IMG/VR virus record: IMGVR_UViG_3300021080_000004 | Location: 1-31,594 of that record | Reading direction: 5' to 3' (one strand) | Length of the DNA: 31,594 nt | DNA from: a virus | Lineage: Duplodnaviria; Caudoviricetes | Shown: positions 16,386 through 25,152 of the stretch, piece after piece | Numbering within the stretch: position 1 is the stretch's first letter | Layout of the letters: each line of letters starts with the position of its first letter | Program-made: the position numbers and the translations under genes | Notes under the pieces: generated by a model | Databases searched by the model: none | Told to the model about the DNA's origin: nothing | The model's input: only the letters and a program-made list of their open reading frames with translations

Positions 16386-17612
16386 ATGCCTAATTCCATC
16401 GTGACCCCGAGTTGGGTCACTAAAGAAGTCGCCCGAATCCTCGTCAACGAGCTCCACTTCGCGAACACGATCAACCGCGACTACGACGACTCCTACGTCG
16501 TCGCCGGCGCGAAGGTCGGCTACACCGTCTCGGCCCGTCTGCCACAGCGCTACGTCGTCAACAAGGGCCAGGCGCTGAACCCGCAAGCGGTCAGCGACCA
16601 GGTTGTGCCGATCACCCTCACCGACCAGGCCAACATCGGGATCGAGTTCTCGACCGCCTCGTTGACGATGGAGATCGACAACTACCGCGAGCGGTACATC
16701 AGACCCGCGGTCGCGGCGATTATCAACCAGATCGACTTCGACGGCCTCACGCGCATGACGCCGCTGGTCGCACAGTCCGTCGGCGTACCCGGCGTCGTCC
16801 CGAACCTCAACCTCACGTACCTGCAAGCAGGCGTGAAGCTCTCCAATGCGTCGGTCCCGATGGACGGCCGCATCGGGATGCTCAACGCGATGATGCAGGC
16901 GACGCTGGTCAACGCCAACGCCGCCGTCTTCAATCCCGCCGCGCAGATCAGTGAGCAGTACCGGTCCGGTCAGTTCGGCGCGCAGGCGCTGGGCGTCAGC
17001 CGCTGGTACATGGACCAGAACGTCTACACGCACACCGTCGGTCCGCTCGGCGGGACCCCGACCGTCAACGGTGCGAACCAGGTCGGCGCCTCGATCATCA
17101 GCCAGGCCTGGACCGCTGCGGCGGCCAACCGGCTGAAGCGCGGGGACGTGATTCAGTTCGCGGGCGTTTTCGGCGTGAATCCGCAGAACCGGGTCTCGAC
17201 CGGGCAACTGCAGGACTTCGTGGTCACCGCGGACGTGAGCTCGGACGGCGCCGGCGCGGCGACCATTCCGATCTCGCCCGCGATCATCACCGCGGGCGCG
17301 TATCAGACCGTGACGGTGTCGCCGGCCTCCGGCGCGGCGATCACGATCTTCGGCAGCGCGTCGGCGTACGCCAGTCTCGCGACTCCACAGGGGCTCATCT
17401 ACAACCCCGACTTCGCGGCGCTCGTCATGGCGGATCTCGATCTGCCGCAGGGCGTGTGGGCCGCGGAGCGGGTGTCGAGCAAGCAGCTCGGCATCTCGGT
17501 GCGGTTCATCAAGGACTACAACATCATGACCGACCAGTCGCCCGCGCGACTGGATGTGTTGTACGGCTACGCGGCCTTGCGGCCGGAGCTCGCCGTTCGG
17601 ATCGCGTCGTAA
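16386..17612 (+). CDS. major capsid protein, P22 gp5-like
   Basis: N.L.F...INRDYD, KVG.TV..RLP, MDQNV..HT.G, I-domain LKRGDVIQFAGV..VNP, RLDVLYG...RPE.AVR. Confidence 0.92.
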   Translation: MPNSIVTPSWVTKEVARILVNELHFANTINRDYDDSYVVAGAKVGYTVSARLPQRYVVNKGQALNPQAVSDQVVPITLTDQANIGIEFSTASLTMEIDNYRERYIRPAVAAIINQIDFDGLTRMTPLVAQSVGVPGVVPNLNLTYLQAGVKLSNASVPMDGRIGMLNAMMQATLVNANAAVFNPAAQISEQYRSGQFGAQALGVSRWYMDQNVYTHTVGPLGGTPTVNGANQVGASIISQAWTAAAANRLKRGDVIQFAGVFGVNPQNRVSTGQLQDFVVTADVSSDGAGAATIPISPAIITAGAYQTVTVSPASGAAITIFGSASAYASLATPQGLIYNPDFAALVMADLDLPQGVWAAERVSSKQLGISVRFIKDYNIMTDQSPARLDVLYGYAALRPELAVRIAS

Positions 17613-17621
17613 ACAACGATC

Positions 17622-17664
17622 GGCGCGCGTGGCGAGACGCCTCGCTCCTCACGCGCGCCCTTTT
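17622..17664 (+). terminator. stem-loop/terminator after the capsid gene
   Basis: GGCGCGCGTG...CACGCGCGCC 10-bp stem with inner GCGAG/CTCGC stem, then CTTTT. Confidence 0.55.
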
Positions 17665-17682
17665 CAAGAGAGAACATCGATC

Positions 17683-18411
17683 ATGAAGCGCATCACGACT
17701 CTGCTCCTCGGCCTCCTGGCCGTCTTCGCCCTGGCGATTCCCGCCGGCGCGCAGACCGCCGTCACGCAGACCACCCTCAACGGGGCGGTTGCCGTCGGCG
17801 ACCAGTCCCTCACCCTGACCTCCGCGACCGGCGTTGTGGCGGGCTCGCAACTGTTCGTCGACCGCGAAGCCATCCAGGTCGTGTCAATCAGCGGCACCCT
17901 CGCCCAGGTTCGACGCGGCGCGGACGGCACGACGGCTGGCGCGCACGCCACGTTGTCGATCATCTACGCCGGCCCGACCGCCGGCGTCATCGGCACGCCC
18001 TACGTCGCGTCTGACCCGGCGCTTGGAACCTGCGTCGCGTCGACCGAGGTCTACACCCTCCGCATCAACGTCCGGAACGGGTTCGTGTGGAAGTGCATCA
18101 CGAGCCAGTGGGCCGTCGTCTCGCAGCCGTACCCGTCGCCCTCGATTGCTGGTCCCGTGCTGGGCACCGCCATCGCGTCGGCGACGACGATCGCGCCCGT
18201 GTCGTACGTCACGCATGTGACAGGCACTGTCAACCCGGTCACCACGATCACCGTTCCCGCCGGCTGCGCGCTGACCTGTCAGATCGTGCTGATTCCGGAT
18301 GGCGCGTTCGTCACAAGTGCTGCGGGCAACATCTCGCTGGCCACGACCGCCGTGGTCAACAAGGCGTTGATCATGACCTGGGACGGAAGTAAATGGAACC
18401 CGAGCTACTAG
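17683..18411 (+). CDS. putative virion decoration/structural protein with Sec-type signal peptide
   Basis: MKRITTLLLGLLAVFALAIPAGA|Q; Thr/Ala/Val-rich beta-type composition; first gene after the coat. Confidence 0.7.
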   Translation: MKRITTLLLGLLAVFALAIPAGAQTAVTQTTLNGAVAVGDQSLTLTSATGVVAGSQLFVDREAIQVVSISGTLAQVRRGADGTTAGAHATLSIIYAGPTAGVIGTPYVASDPALGTCVASTEVYTLRINVRNGFVWKCITSQWAVVSQPYPSPSIAGPVLGTAIASATTIAPVSYVTHVTGTVNPVTTITVPAGCALTCQIVLIPDGAFVTSAAGNISLATTAVVNKALIMTWDGSKWNPSY

Positions 18412-18845
18412 CTCGCCTTTGAGTACGTGCGTCGCGGTTTGTGAAGCTTCATGTGCGATTCGCGCGTATGAAGTTCGAGGTTGGACGGATCGTTATTCGC
18501 GGGGTTGCCGTCTCGATGATGAACAATTTCTGTCGACAACAGCGGGCGACCAAGGACCTGCTCCATCACAGCTCGATGGCCGCGCACCCTTCGCCCTTTG
18601 ATGCTTTGCAGAAAATAGCCGTCCGGTCGAAACGAGCCTTGTCCGTTGCGGCGTCGTTCGTCTTTGGTGGGGTCGCCGTACTTCAGCAAGCGGCGATAGT
18701 GGCGACGACACAGACCCTTCGCCGAACCGCGAACATTCGTTTCACCCGAACAGTCATGCACCGAACACGGCTCTGGTTTCACGTGTGTAAATGGCACGGC
18801 CAGAGGATACCAAAGTTGAGCACGAAGTGGAATCCGAGTTACTGA
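18391..18845 (+). repeat. imperfect direct repeat (both copies encode KWNPSY*) flanking the HNH gene
   Basis: aaatggaacccgagctactag (18391-18411) vs aagtggaatccgagttactga (18825-18845); differences are synonymous. Confidence 0.85.
18408..18797 (-). CDS. HNH homing endonuclease
   Basis: CS..DC...AKGLC..HY.R..KYGDP Zn motif; HR.VMEQ.LGRPL...EIVHHRDGN..NN..SNL; lower GC; only credible minus-strand gene; start uncertain (GTG 18797 or 18782). Confidence 0.88.
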   Translation of the reverse strand: MPFTHVKPEPCSVHDCSGETNVRGSAKGLCRRHYRRLLKYGDPTKDERRRNGQGSFRPDGYFLQSIKGRRVRGHRAVMEQVLGRPLLSTEIVHHRDGNPANNDPSNLELHTRESHMKLHKPRRTYSKAS

Positions 18846-18885
18846 CCCGCGCAATTCCGCGCGCCGCTTGAAAGGGATCTGACTC

Positions 18886-19230
18886 ATGGGCATCGTGCCG
18901 CACGTGGCCGGCGAGTATCCGCTCTACATGTACCACCCGACGGAGAAGCCGCAACTCGTCGAGACCAAAGAACGGCGCGCCGAGTTGGGGCATCAGGGCT
19001 GGTCAGAGACCTACATCCAACAGGTGTTTCCGCGGATGTTCTACCGGCTGACGAAGAAGAAGGATGCCGACGGCCAGCCGATCGTCGAGCAGCGCACGGT
19101 CGAGACCGCCGAAGCCGAGAAAGTGCTCGGCCCGGCCTGGCTCGGTGCGCCGCCCGCGGTGGACCTCGACGACGTCGGGTCCGCGCCAGTCGCTCCGCCG
19201 CCCGCGACGAAGCCGCCGAAGGCCGCCTGA
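18886..19230 (+). CDS. hypothetical protein with two internal repeats
   Basis: EYPLYMYH...VETKERRAELG..W and VFPRMFY...VETAEAEKVLG..W. Confidence 0.7.
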   Translation: MGIVPHVAGEYPLYMYHPTEKPQLVETKERRAELGHQGWSETYIQQVFPRMFYRLTKKKDADGQPIVEQRTVETAEAEKVLGPAWLGAPPAVDLDDVGSAPVAPPPATKPPKAA

Positions 19231-19316
19231 CCACCGACACGTCCCAACCCGTGAGGCGCACGCCCTCTCGTGCGCCCTCGCGCCGTGTTCTCCGCTGCGA
19301 CGACTAGGGAGTCCGT

Positions 19317-19670
19317 GTGAAGAAGGTCCGCCGTCTGCTCCTGGTGGCGATGGTCCTCGCGCTCGCCGTGTGCGTGCAGGCCGATGTCGTCACGTACGAA
19401 TCGATCACGGTCGCCGCGAGCTCCATTGGCTTTACGTCGACGACCATCACCCCGCTCGGGCTACCGCAGAAGGAACGCTGCGTCGGGCGACTCGAGACCG
19501 GGGAGATCCGGTACCGCGTCGACGGCACGGACCCGACGACCACGGAAGGGATTCTCGTGGAGCCACTCGAGGTGATCGAGATTACCAGGCACGAATTTCT
19601 GTTCAAGTTTCGCGCGATTCGCACGACGGCCACGAGCGGGACGCTGAAGTTTCAGTGCTTCGACCAATAG
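19317..19670 (+). CDS. putative structural protein with Sec-type signal peptide
   Basis: MKKVRRLLLVAMVLALAVCVQA|D; IRYRVDGTDPTTTEG motif; GGGAG RBS. Confidence 0.7.
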   Translation: MKKVRRLLLVAMVLALAVCVQADVVTYESITVAASSIGFTSTTITPLGLPQKERCVGRLETGEIRYRVDGTDPTTTEGILVEPLEVIEITRHEFLFKFRAIRTTATSGTLKFQCFDQ

Positions 19671-19678
19671 GAGTGCCG

Positions 19679-20323
19679 ATGTTGACGTTTTCCAATCTTC
19701 GGACGGCGCTGCTCGCCCTGACGCTCTTCGCGGCCGCGGCCGTCCTGAGCGCGCAGGTCAAGACCACGCCGGGGACGTCGGCGTATCTGTTCAGGGATGG
19801 CACCTCTGGCGTGCCGAGTCTTGCGTTTGCGAGTGAGCCGACGTTGGGGTTCTGGCGCAGTGGGGCGGCGACGGTGACCGTGCAAGCGTCGTCATTCATC
19901 GCGTCTGGAGACATCTATGCGGCCGTGAACTCGTCATTGGCGGTGTTGGGTCGGCTCTCCATCAAAGCCCCGGCCGATGGGCGAATGACCATCACGAATA
20001 ACGCCGCCACCTTCGGCGTGTCGGTCAAGGTGGACGCGCTGCCCACCGTGTCGAGCGGGTTCGGCACCACGCCGAGTATCACTGCGGGATCGACGCCGTT
20101 CGCGGGGAGCGTGAACGTCGGGACGGGCGGCGCGGCGACGACCGGCGTGATCGACTTCAACGGCACGGCGTGGCCCTCCGCGCCGTTTTGTATTGCCACG
20201 CCCACCCTGACCAACGTACCGACGCGGGTCACGACGATCACCACGACGCAAGTGACGCTCACGACGTCCACTGCTTGGACGGCGAGCGACGTCGTGAATT
20301 TTATTTGCGTCAGCAGCAAGTAG
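19679..20323 (+). CDS. tail-fibre-like protein with Sec-type signal peptide
   Basis: MLTFSNLRTALLALTLFAAAAVLSA|Q; DGTSGVPSLAFASEPTLGFWRSG fibre-type motif; C-terminal F...W.SAPFC...VNFIC; AGGAG RBS. Confidence 0.65.
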   Translation: MLTFSNLRTALLALTLFAAAAVLSAQVKTTPGTSAYLFRDGTSGVPSLAFASEPTLGFWRSGAATVTVQASSFIASGDIYAAVNSSLAVLGRLSIKAPADGRMTITNNAATFGVSVKVDALPTVSSGFGTTPSITAGSTPFAGSVNVGTGGAATTGVIDFNGTAWPSAPFCIATPTLTNVPTRVTTITTTQVTLTTSTAWTASDVVNFICVSSK

Positions 20324-20335
20324 GAAGGACGAATC

Positions 20336-20710
20336 ATGCGCCGTCTGTTGAGTCTCTCGCTCGCGCTCGTGCTTCTGACCGCGACAAGTTTCGCGCAAGA
20401 GGCGATCAGCCGAACGGTGCCGATCGCGCGGCCGTCGATTGATAACTACGTCCCCGGCGCGCTGCATATCGAACTGCTGCCAAACCCGCGGATCTCCGTG
20501 ACGATTGTGCATATCGCGAGCGGCGTCCAAGAGACCTTCTCCTGGCCGTGTACGTCGCCCTGCACGACCACGACCGATGCGCAGACGGCTGCGCTCATCA
20601 CCGCGCTCAACACCGCGAACCTGACGACCCGCACCCTGTGGCGCCGCGTGTTCGACAAGATCATCACGGACTACCCAGGCCGGTTCCCCGGCGGGGCGTC
20701 GGTGCAATAA
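20336..20710 (+). CDS. hypothetical protein with Sec-type signal peptide; paralogue of the next gene
   Basis: MRRLLSLSLALVLLTATSFA|Q; ALNTANLT shared with 20711..20986. Confidence 0.7.
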   Translation: MRRLLSLSLALVLLTATSFAQEAISRTVPIARPSIDNYVPGALHIELLPNPRISVTIVHIASGVQETFSWPCTSPCTTTTDAQTAALITALNTANLTTRTLWRRVFDKIITDYPGRFPGGASVQ

Positions 20711-20986
20711 GTGCCGGAGCAGCTCGATCTGACGGCGCCGACACGCACCTTCTACCAGGTGACGTTGCTGCATTGCGATTGGCCGCGCGCGCACATCGAC
20801 GTCGGCGTCACGGGCTCGGACGGCATCGAGATCATCAAGACCTATGACGGCGACCCGGCCACCACGCGGATGCTGGCGTTGAACACGGCGAACCTCACCG
20901 TGAAGTCGCTCGACAAGCGACTCCTCGAGATGCTCGTCACCGACGGGAAGCTCCCGCCGGGCTCCGTAAGCGGCGTGCCCCGCTGA
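20711..20986 (+). CDS. hypothetical protein; signal-less paralogue of the preceding gene
   Basis: ALNTANLTVKSLDKRLLEMLVTDGKLP aligns with ALNTANLTTRTLWRRVFDKIITDYPGRFP. Confidence 0.7.
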   Translation: MPEQLDLTAPTRTFYQVTLLHCDWPRAHIDVGVTGSDGIEIIKTYDGDPATTRMLALNTANLTVKSLDKRLLEMLVTDGKLPPGSVSGVPR

Positions 20987-21204
20987 TGGCGTCCGACTAT
21001 GCGATCCAGATCGTGCACGTGGCGACCGGCGAGGTCGTCCACCGCTGGGCCCCGGGCCTCGCGGTGGAAGTCGAACTCGTCGAGAACCTCTGCGCGCGCA
21101 TTGCGGCGAAGGGCGTCGGGGTCGGACGGACCGAGGCGCATGTCATCGCCGACGTCCGTGAGGCGGTCGGGGAACTGCTCTTGGATTTGAAGAAACGCGT
21201 CTGA
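20986..21204 (+). CDS. hypothetical protein
   Basis: TGATG coupling at both ends. Confidence 0.65.
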   Translation: MASDYAIQIVHVATGEVVHRWAPGLAVEVELVENLCARIAAKGVGVGRTEAHVIADVREAVGELLLDLKKRV

Positions 21205-21836
21205 TGTCGATTCCGCAACCGAGCTTCCAGGTCGTCACCGCCCTCGGGCACATCTGGGATGTCCCCACGCTCGATTGGGTGCGCGACACCGGCGGCGGCG
21301 GCGCGGCGGGCGGTGACCTCGTGCTCGTGAGTCCGGACGACCCTGCGGTCAAGGCCTCGGTACGGAGCTACGGCGGCGGGAACCCGCTCGCGGTGGCCCT
21401 CACGGACACCTTCGGCAACACGTACGTCTCTGGCGGGGGCACGCAGTACGCGGAAGACGCGACGACGGCGCCCGCGACCGGGACCGTCGCCCTCGGCCGG
21501 CACGCCGATGGACGGCTCGTGCCGATCCCGATCGATGAGACGAACGTCGTGCCGGTGTCGCTCAGCTCGTCGCTCCCGGTCGGCGTGAACGCCCTCGGCT
21601 CGGTGAAAGTCACGCAGGACCCGAGCTACACCGAGACGTTCGAGTGGGACGGCAGCGGCGTGAATCCGATCTACATCGGCTGCGCGCTGCAGGGCAGCAG
21701 TAAAGCGTCGGCGCTCTGGCAGATTCGGAAGCTGACGTACGACGGGGCGAACAACCCGACCGACGTGCAATACGCGAACGGCTCGCCCCTCTTCAACGCC
21801 ATTTGGAACAACCGCGCCGCCCTCAGTTACTCGTAA
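21204..21836 (+). CDS. putative virion structural protein
   Basis: GGGTQYAED motif; C-terminal YIG.A..G......WQIRKLTY....YANG...F..IW.NR..LSY. Confidence 0.65.
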   Translation: MSIPQPSFQVVTALGHIWDVPTLDWVRDTGGGGAAGGDLVLVSPDDPAVKASVRSYGGGNPLAVALTDTFGNTYVSGGGTQYAEDATTAPATGTVALGRHADGRLVPIPIDETNVVPVSLSSSLPVGVNALGSVKVTQDPSYTETFEWDGSGVNPIYIGCALQGSSKASALWQIRKLTYDGANNPTDVQYANGSPLFNAIWNNRAALSYS

Positions 21837-21850
21837 AAGGAAGTGCCCGC

Positions 21851-22711
21851 GTGAGACTCCCGAAACTCCCGACCGTGCTCTGGCGATCCAAGGGCTACGC
21901 ACTCGTCCGCGATCCGCGCACGTGGGGCGTCCGCCTGGTCCGTGATCCGCACGGTGCCGCCTCGGGGTTCCCCGGCGGCATTTCGTTCCACTCGCACCTC
22001 CGGGCGACGCATGTCCGCGGCGGCCAGGTGCTCAAGGACTACGACCTCGGCTCGGGCATGGTGACCAACGTGGGGGTGCTGGCGCTGGCGAATGACTACG
22101 CCTGGGCCGCGCCGTCGGCGGCGGCCGTGCGCGCGCTCGGGATGATGAAGTATCACGCGTCCGGCACCGGGACCGTCAACGAAGCGACCACCGACATCAA
22201 ACTCGGGACCATCTCGACGCAGGGCGGGCAGACGCCCGTCGCCGGCACGCAGGTCCTGGTCAGCGCGGCCAACCTGCAGAAGTACCAGACCGTCGCGGTC
22301 ATCCCCTACACCGGCGTCGAAGCCGTCACGGAGTGGGGACTGTTCGCTAACGGCACGATTTCCGCGACGACCGGCTCTCCGTTCACCGCAGGCAGCGCCA
22401 CCACCGGTACCGTGACCGGCACGCCGCTCACCGCGTCGAGTGCCTCGCTCCAGGGCCACCAGATGTTCATCTTCGAATACACCGCGGGTGGACTCGGGTG
22501 GGGACTGGACCTTTCGAACACGACCAGCGTCGTCACCGTGCCCGCTTGGTACAAGGTCTCCGACGGGACCGTCGCCACCGCGCCGGTCAACACCGACCCG
22601 TATCTGATCCGACCGGTGATGTGGGACCGCCGGAAGTTCGCCGCCATCAACGTCGTAAATTTGGACAGCATCTCTTACACGTACACGCTCTCGATCACGG
22701 CTGGAGGCTAG
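21851..22711 (+). CDS. putative virion structural (tail-associated) protein
   Basis: VTNVG, YHASGTGT, AVTEWGLF, MWDRRKFAAINV...DSI.YTY.L motifs; AAAGGAAG upstream of GTG 21851. Confidence 0.65.
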   Translation: MRLPKLPTVLWRSKGYALVRDPRTWGVRLVRDPHGAASGFPGGISFHSHLRATHVRGGQVLKDYDLGSGMVTNVGVLALANDYAWAAPSAAAVRALGMMKYHASGTGTVNEATTDIKLGTISTQGGQTPVAGTQVLVSAANLQKYQTVAVIPYTGVEAVTEWGLFANGTISATTGSPFTAGSATTGTVTGTPLTASSASLQGHQMFIFEYTAGGLGWGLDLSNTTSVVTVPAWYKVSDGTVATAPVNTDPYLIRPVMWDRRKFAAINVVNLDSISYTYTLSITAGG

Positions 22712-22715
22712 TCGC

Positions 22716-22928
22716 ATGGTGACTGTGCGAGACACCACGGGCGCAACGGTCCATCTGGACGCGTCGAAGCTCGTCGCGATCGTGATGCCGGCAATGGCCG
22801 GCCCGGGCACGCCGTGCCAACTCGTCCTGACCGGCGTCATGGTGGCGGTCGAGTACATGGACGCGCTGCAGTTCAAACACGACGTGGACGCGCTGGCGGC
22901 GAGCGCGGCGCTCGTCCAGATCGACTAG
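22716..22928 (+). CDS. hypothetical protein
   Basis: 70 aa, GGAGG RBS. Confidence 0.6.
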   Translation: MVTVRDTTGATVHLDASKLVAIVMPAMAGPGTPCQLVLTGVMVAVEYMDALQFKHDVDALAASAALVQID

Positions 22929-22937
22929 GACCCACAC

Positions 22938-23525
22938 ATGGACCGCGTCTATCTCATGCCGACCGTCGGATCGGGTTCCAGTAGTCAAGATCCAAGGAAG
23001 CCGAAGTACGCCGATCTGATCGACGCCGTCAGTGGCGCGCGCTGGGACATGGTCGATTACGGACGCGAACCCGTCATGCTCGTGAAGGCGACCGCCATCG
23101 ACGCGTCCACGCACGCGACCATCGCAGCAGACGCCGAGGTGTCGGCACTGCCGCTGGATCTCACCCAGCAGATCGGCGCGAACCTCGGGCTGGTTCAGAC
23201 CGCCTTGGAAGACCGCAACATCCCCGGCTCCAACCTCGTGCCGGCGTCTTGGACCTATCGGCAGTTGGTGCGGGGCGTGATCATCGTCTTCCAGTTTACG
23301 CAGCGCCTGGATGGTCAAGGCGTGCGGCTCTTCACGGGCGGCGTCACGGTGGGGAGTCAGTGGTCGACGGTGCCCACGGCGACGCAGACCGCGCTTCAAG
23401 ACATGGCGGCCTCATTTGGCTTCGGGCTGACGGTCACCGGGACCACGACGGTCCGGCAGATTCTGCGGCAACTCTACGACCAATGGCCGGTCACGTTTCT
23501 CGTGTTCGGCGGGGAGCAGTGGTAG
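22938..23525 (+). CDS. hypothetical protein
   Basis: 195 aa, AGGA RBS, typical codon bias. Confidence 0.7.
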   Translation: MDRVYLMPTVGSGSSSQDPRKPKYADLIDAVSGARWDMVDYGREPVMLVKATAIDASTHATIAADAEVSALPLDLTQQIGANLGLVQTALEDRNIPGSNLVPASWTYRQLVRGVIIVFQFTQRLDGQGVRLFTGGVTVGSQWSTVPTATQTALQDMAASFGFGLTVTGTTTVRQILRQLYDQWPVTFLVFGGEQW

Positions 23526-24122
23526 ATGGCACTGCCCGCGACCGATGCGTTCACCGACACGAATGGCGTCACGTTGCCGACCCATAACGCGAATTGGGTC
23601 ATGAACAATGGCGCGTTCCAGATCCAGAGCAACACCCTGCAGACGAACTCGGCGGGCGCGGAGATCGCCGGGCACTGGACCGGGGACACGTTTGCGGACA
23701 ACCAGTACGCGAAGCTGACCCTCGCCAGCGCCTCCGCCGCCGGCGTCATCGGGCCGGCCGTGCGCTGTGCCGCCGGGGCCACGGCGACCTATTACGGCGT
23801 GTATTCGGGAACAGTCGGCGGGGCTGGGCTGACGCAATTTTTCAAGAACGTGGCCGGGACGTGGACGCAGTTCGGCAGCAACATCTTCGGGGCGGCGGTC
23901 AATGACATCTACATGATCGACGCGAACGGTACAACCCTGACGGCCTACAAGAACGGCAGCTCGATCGCGACGACCACCGATAGCGCGATTACGTCAGGGT
24001 CGGCCGGGGTGACCGGGTTCGATTCGAACACGACGCGAGGCGATGACTGGGAAGCCGGGAACTTAGCCGCCGCAGTGGTCTACCAGCCGTATCAGATGGC
24101 CGTGCAGATGAGGATGGACTGA
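23526..24122 (+). CDS. putative lectin/beta-sandwich virion protein
   Basis: DAFTDTNG..L..H, DNQYA, GTTLTAYKNG...TDSAITSGSAG, DDWEAG. Confidence 0.55.
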   Translation: MALPATDAFTDTNGVTLPTHNANWVMNNGAFQIQSNTLQTNSAGAEIAGHWTGDTFADNQYAKLTLASASAAGVIGPAVRCAAGATATYYGVYSGTVGGAGLTQFFKNVAGTWTQFGSNIFGAAVNDIYMIDANGTTLTAYKNGSSIATTTDSAITSGSAGVTGFDSNTTRGDDWEAGNLAAAVVYQPYQMAVQMRMD

Positions 24123-24123
24123 C

Positions 24124-25152
24124 ATGCTCGTCCTCGACACGACCACGGCGCTGGCGCGGCTCGTGACGTCCGCCGTCTGCGACGTGCAGGTCAATGCGTC
24201 GTACATCGACTTTACCGCGCCGAGCACGTTCACCTCGGACGGCCAGAACACGCTCATCACGACGGCGACGACCACGACGATCATCGGATCGCCAGGCGCG
24301 TCCATCAAACGGAACGTCAAGAGCATCAGCATCCGCAACGCGCACGCGACGACCGCCGTCACGATTGGGGTCGAGATGACCGACGGCACGACGGCCGTGA
24401 AACTGCTGTCGTTCACGCTCGCGGCGGGCGAGTACGCGCTGATGAATGACGCCGGGACCTGGTACCTCTACGACGTCAACGGGGCCGTGAAGGCTGGCGT
24501 GGGGACCGGTCGCTGGCTGAAGACGTCGGTGCTCACGAGCGGCACGACGTTCACGACGCAGCCGGGCACGACGTCCCTCTACGCCAGGCTGGTGGGCGGC
24601 GGAGCGGGTGGCGGGGGCTGCTCGTCTGTGGCGTCCGCGGCGGCGGCGGCGGGAGGCGGCGGCGCGGGCGGCTACGCCGAGAAGACGTTCACGGTGACCG
24701 GGAATACCGCCTACACCTACGCCATCGGCGCGGCGGGCAACGGCGTCTCGGGCGCCGCGGGTGCGAATGGCACGTCGTCGACGTTCACGGTGGGCGGTGT
24801 GACCGTCACGGCGCTCGGGGGCACCGGCGGACCGCTCGCCACGGCGATCACCACGCTGGGGTCGTTTCGCGGTGGCGCGGGCGGCACGGTCTCGACCAAC
24901 GGCGATGTCAATAGCGCCGGCGCGCATGGCGAGTATGGCGTCACGCTGATTGTGGCGACGCCGATTGTGGCATCAGGCAACGGGGGGAATAGCCCGTTCG
25001 GCGCGGGCGGGCTTGGCTTGGTCGCGGTGGGCGCCGGCACCAACGCCGTGGGCTTCGGTGCGGGCGGCAGCGGGAGTGCGACCGGCGCGAGCACGGTCCG
25101 GACCGGCGGCAACGGGAGCGCCGGCGTGATCGTGGTGGATGAGTTCTCGTAA
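24124..25152 (+). CDS. glycine-rich tail-fibre-like protein
   Basis: LVGGGAGGGG...GGGGAGGY...IGAAG...GTSSTF, FGAGGSG...GNGSAGVIVVDEF glycine-rich domain. Confidence 0.7.
   Translation: MLVLDTTTALARLVTSAVCDVQVNASYIDFTAPSTFTSDGQNTLITTATTTTIIGSPGASIKRNVKSISIRNAHATTAVTIGVEMTDGTTAVKLLSFTLAAGEYALMNDAGTWYLYDVNGAVKAGVGTGRWLKTSVLTSGTTFTTQPGTTSLYARLVGGGAGGGGCSSVASAAAAAGGGGAGGYAEKTFTVTGNTAYTYAIGAAGNGVSGAAGANGTSSTFTVGGVTVTALGGTGGPLATAITTLGSFRGGAGGTVSTNGDVNSAGAHGEYGVTLIVATPIVASGNGGNSPFGAGGLGLVAVGAGTNAVGFGAGGSGSATGASTVRTGGNGSAGVIVVDEFS

Noticed and set aside
18441-18845. Plus-strand 134-aa ORF ending KWNPSY, suggesting a paralogue or alternative C-terminus
   Set aside because: It is antisense to the HNH gene and shares only the terminal duplicated codons; best explained as the insertion remnant.
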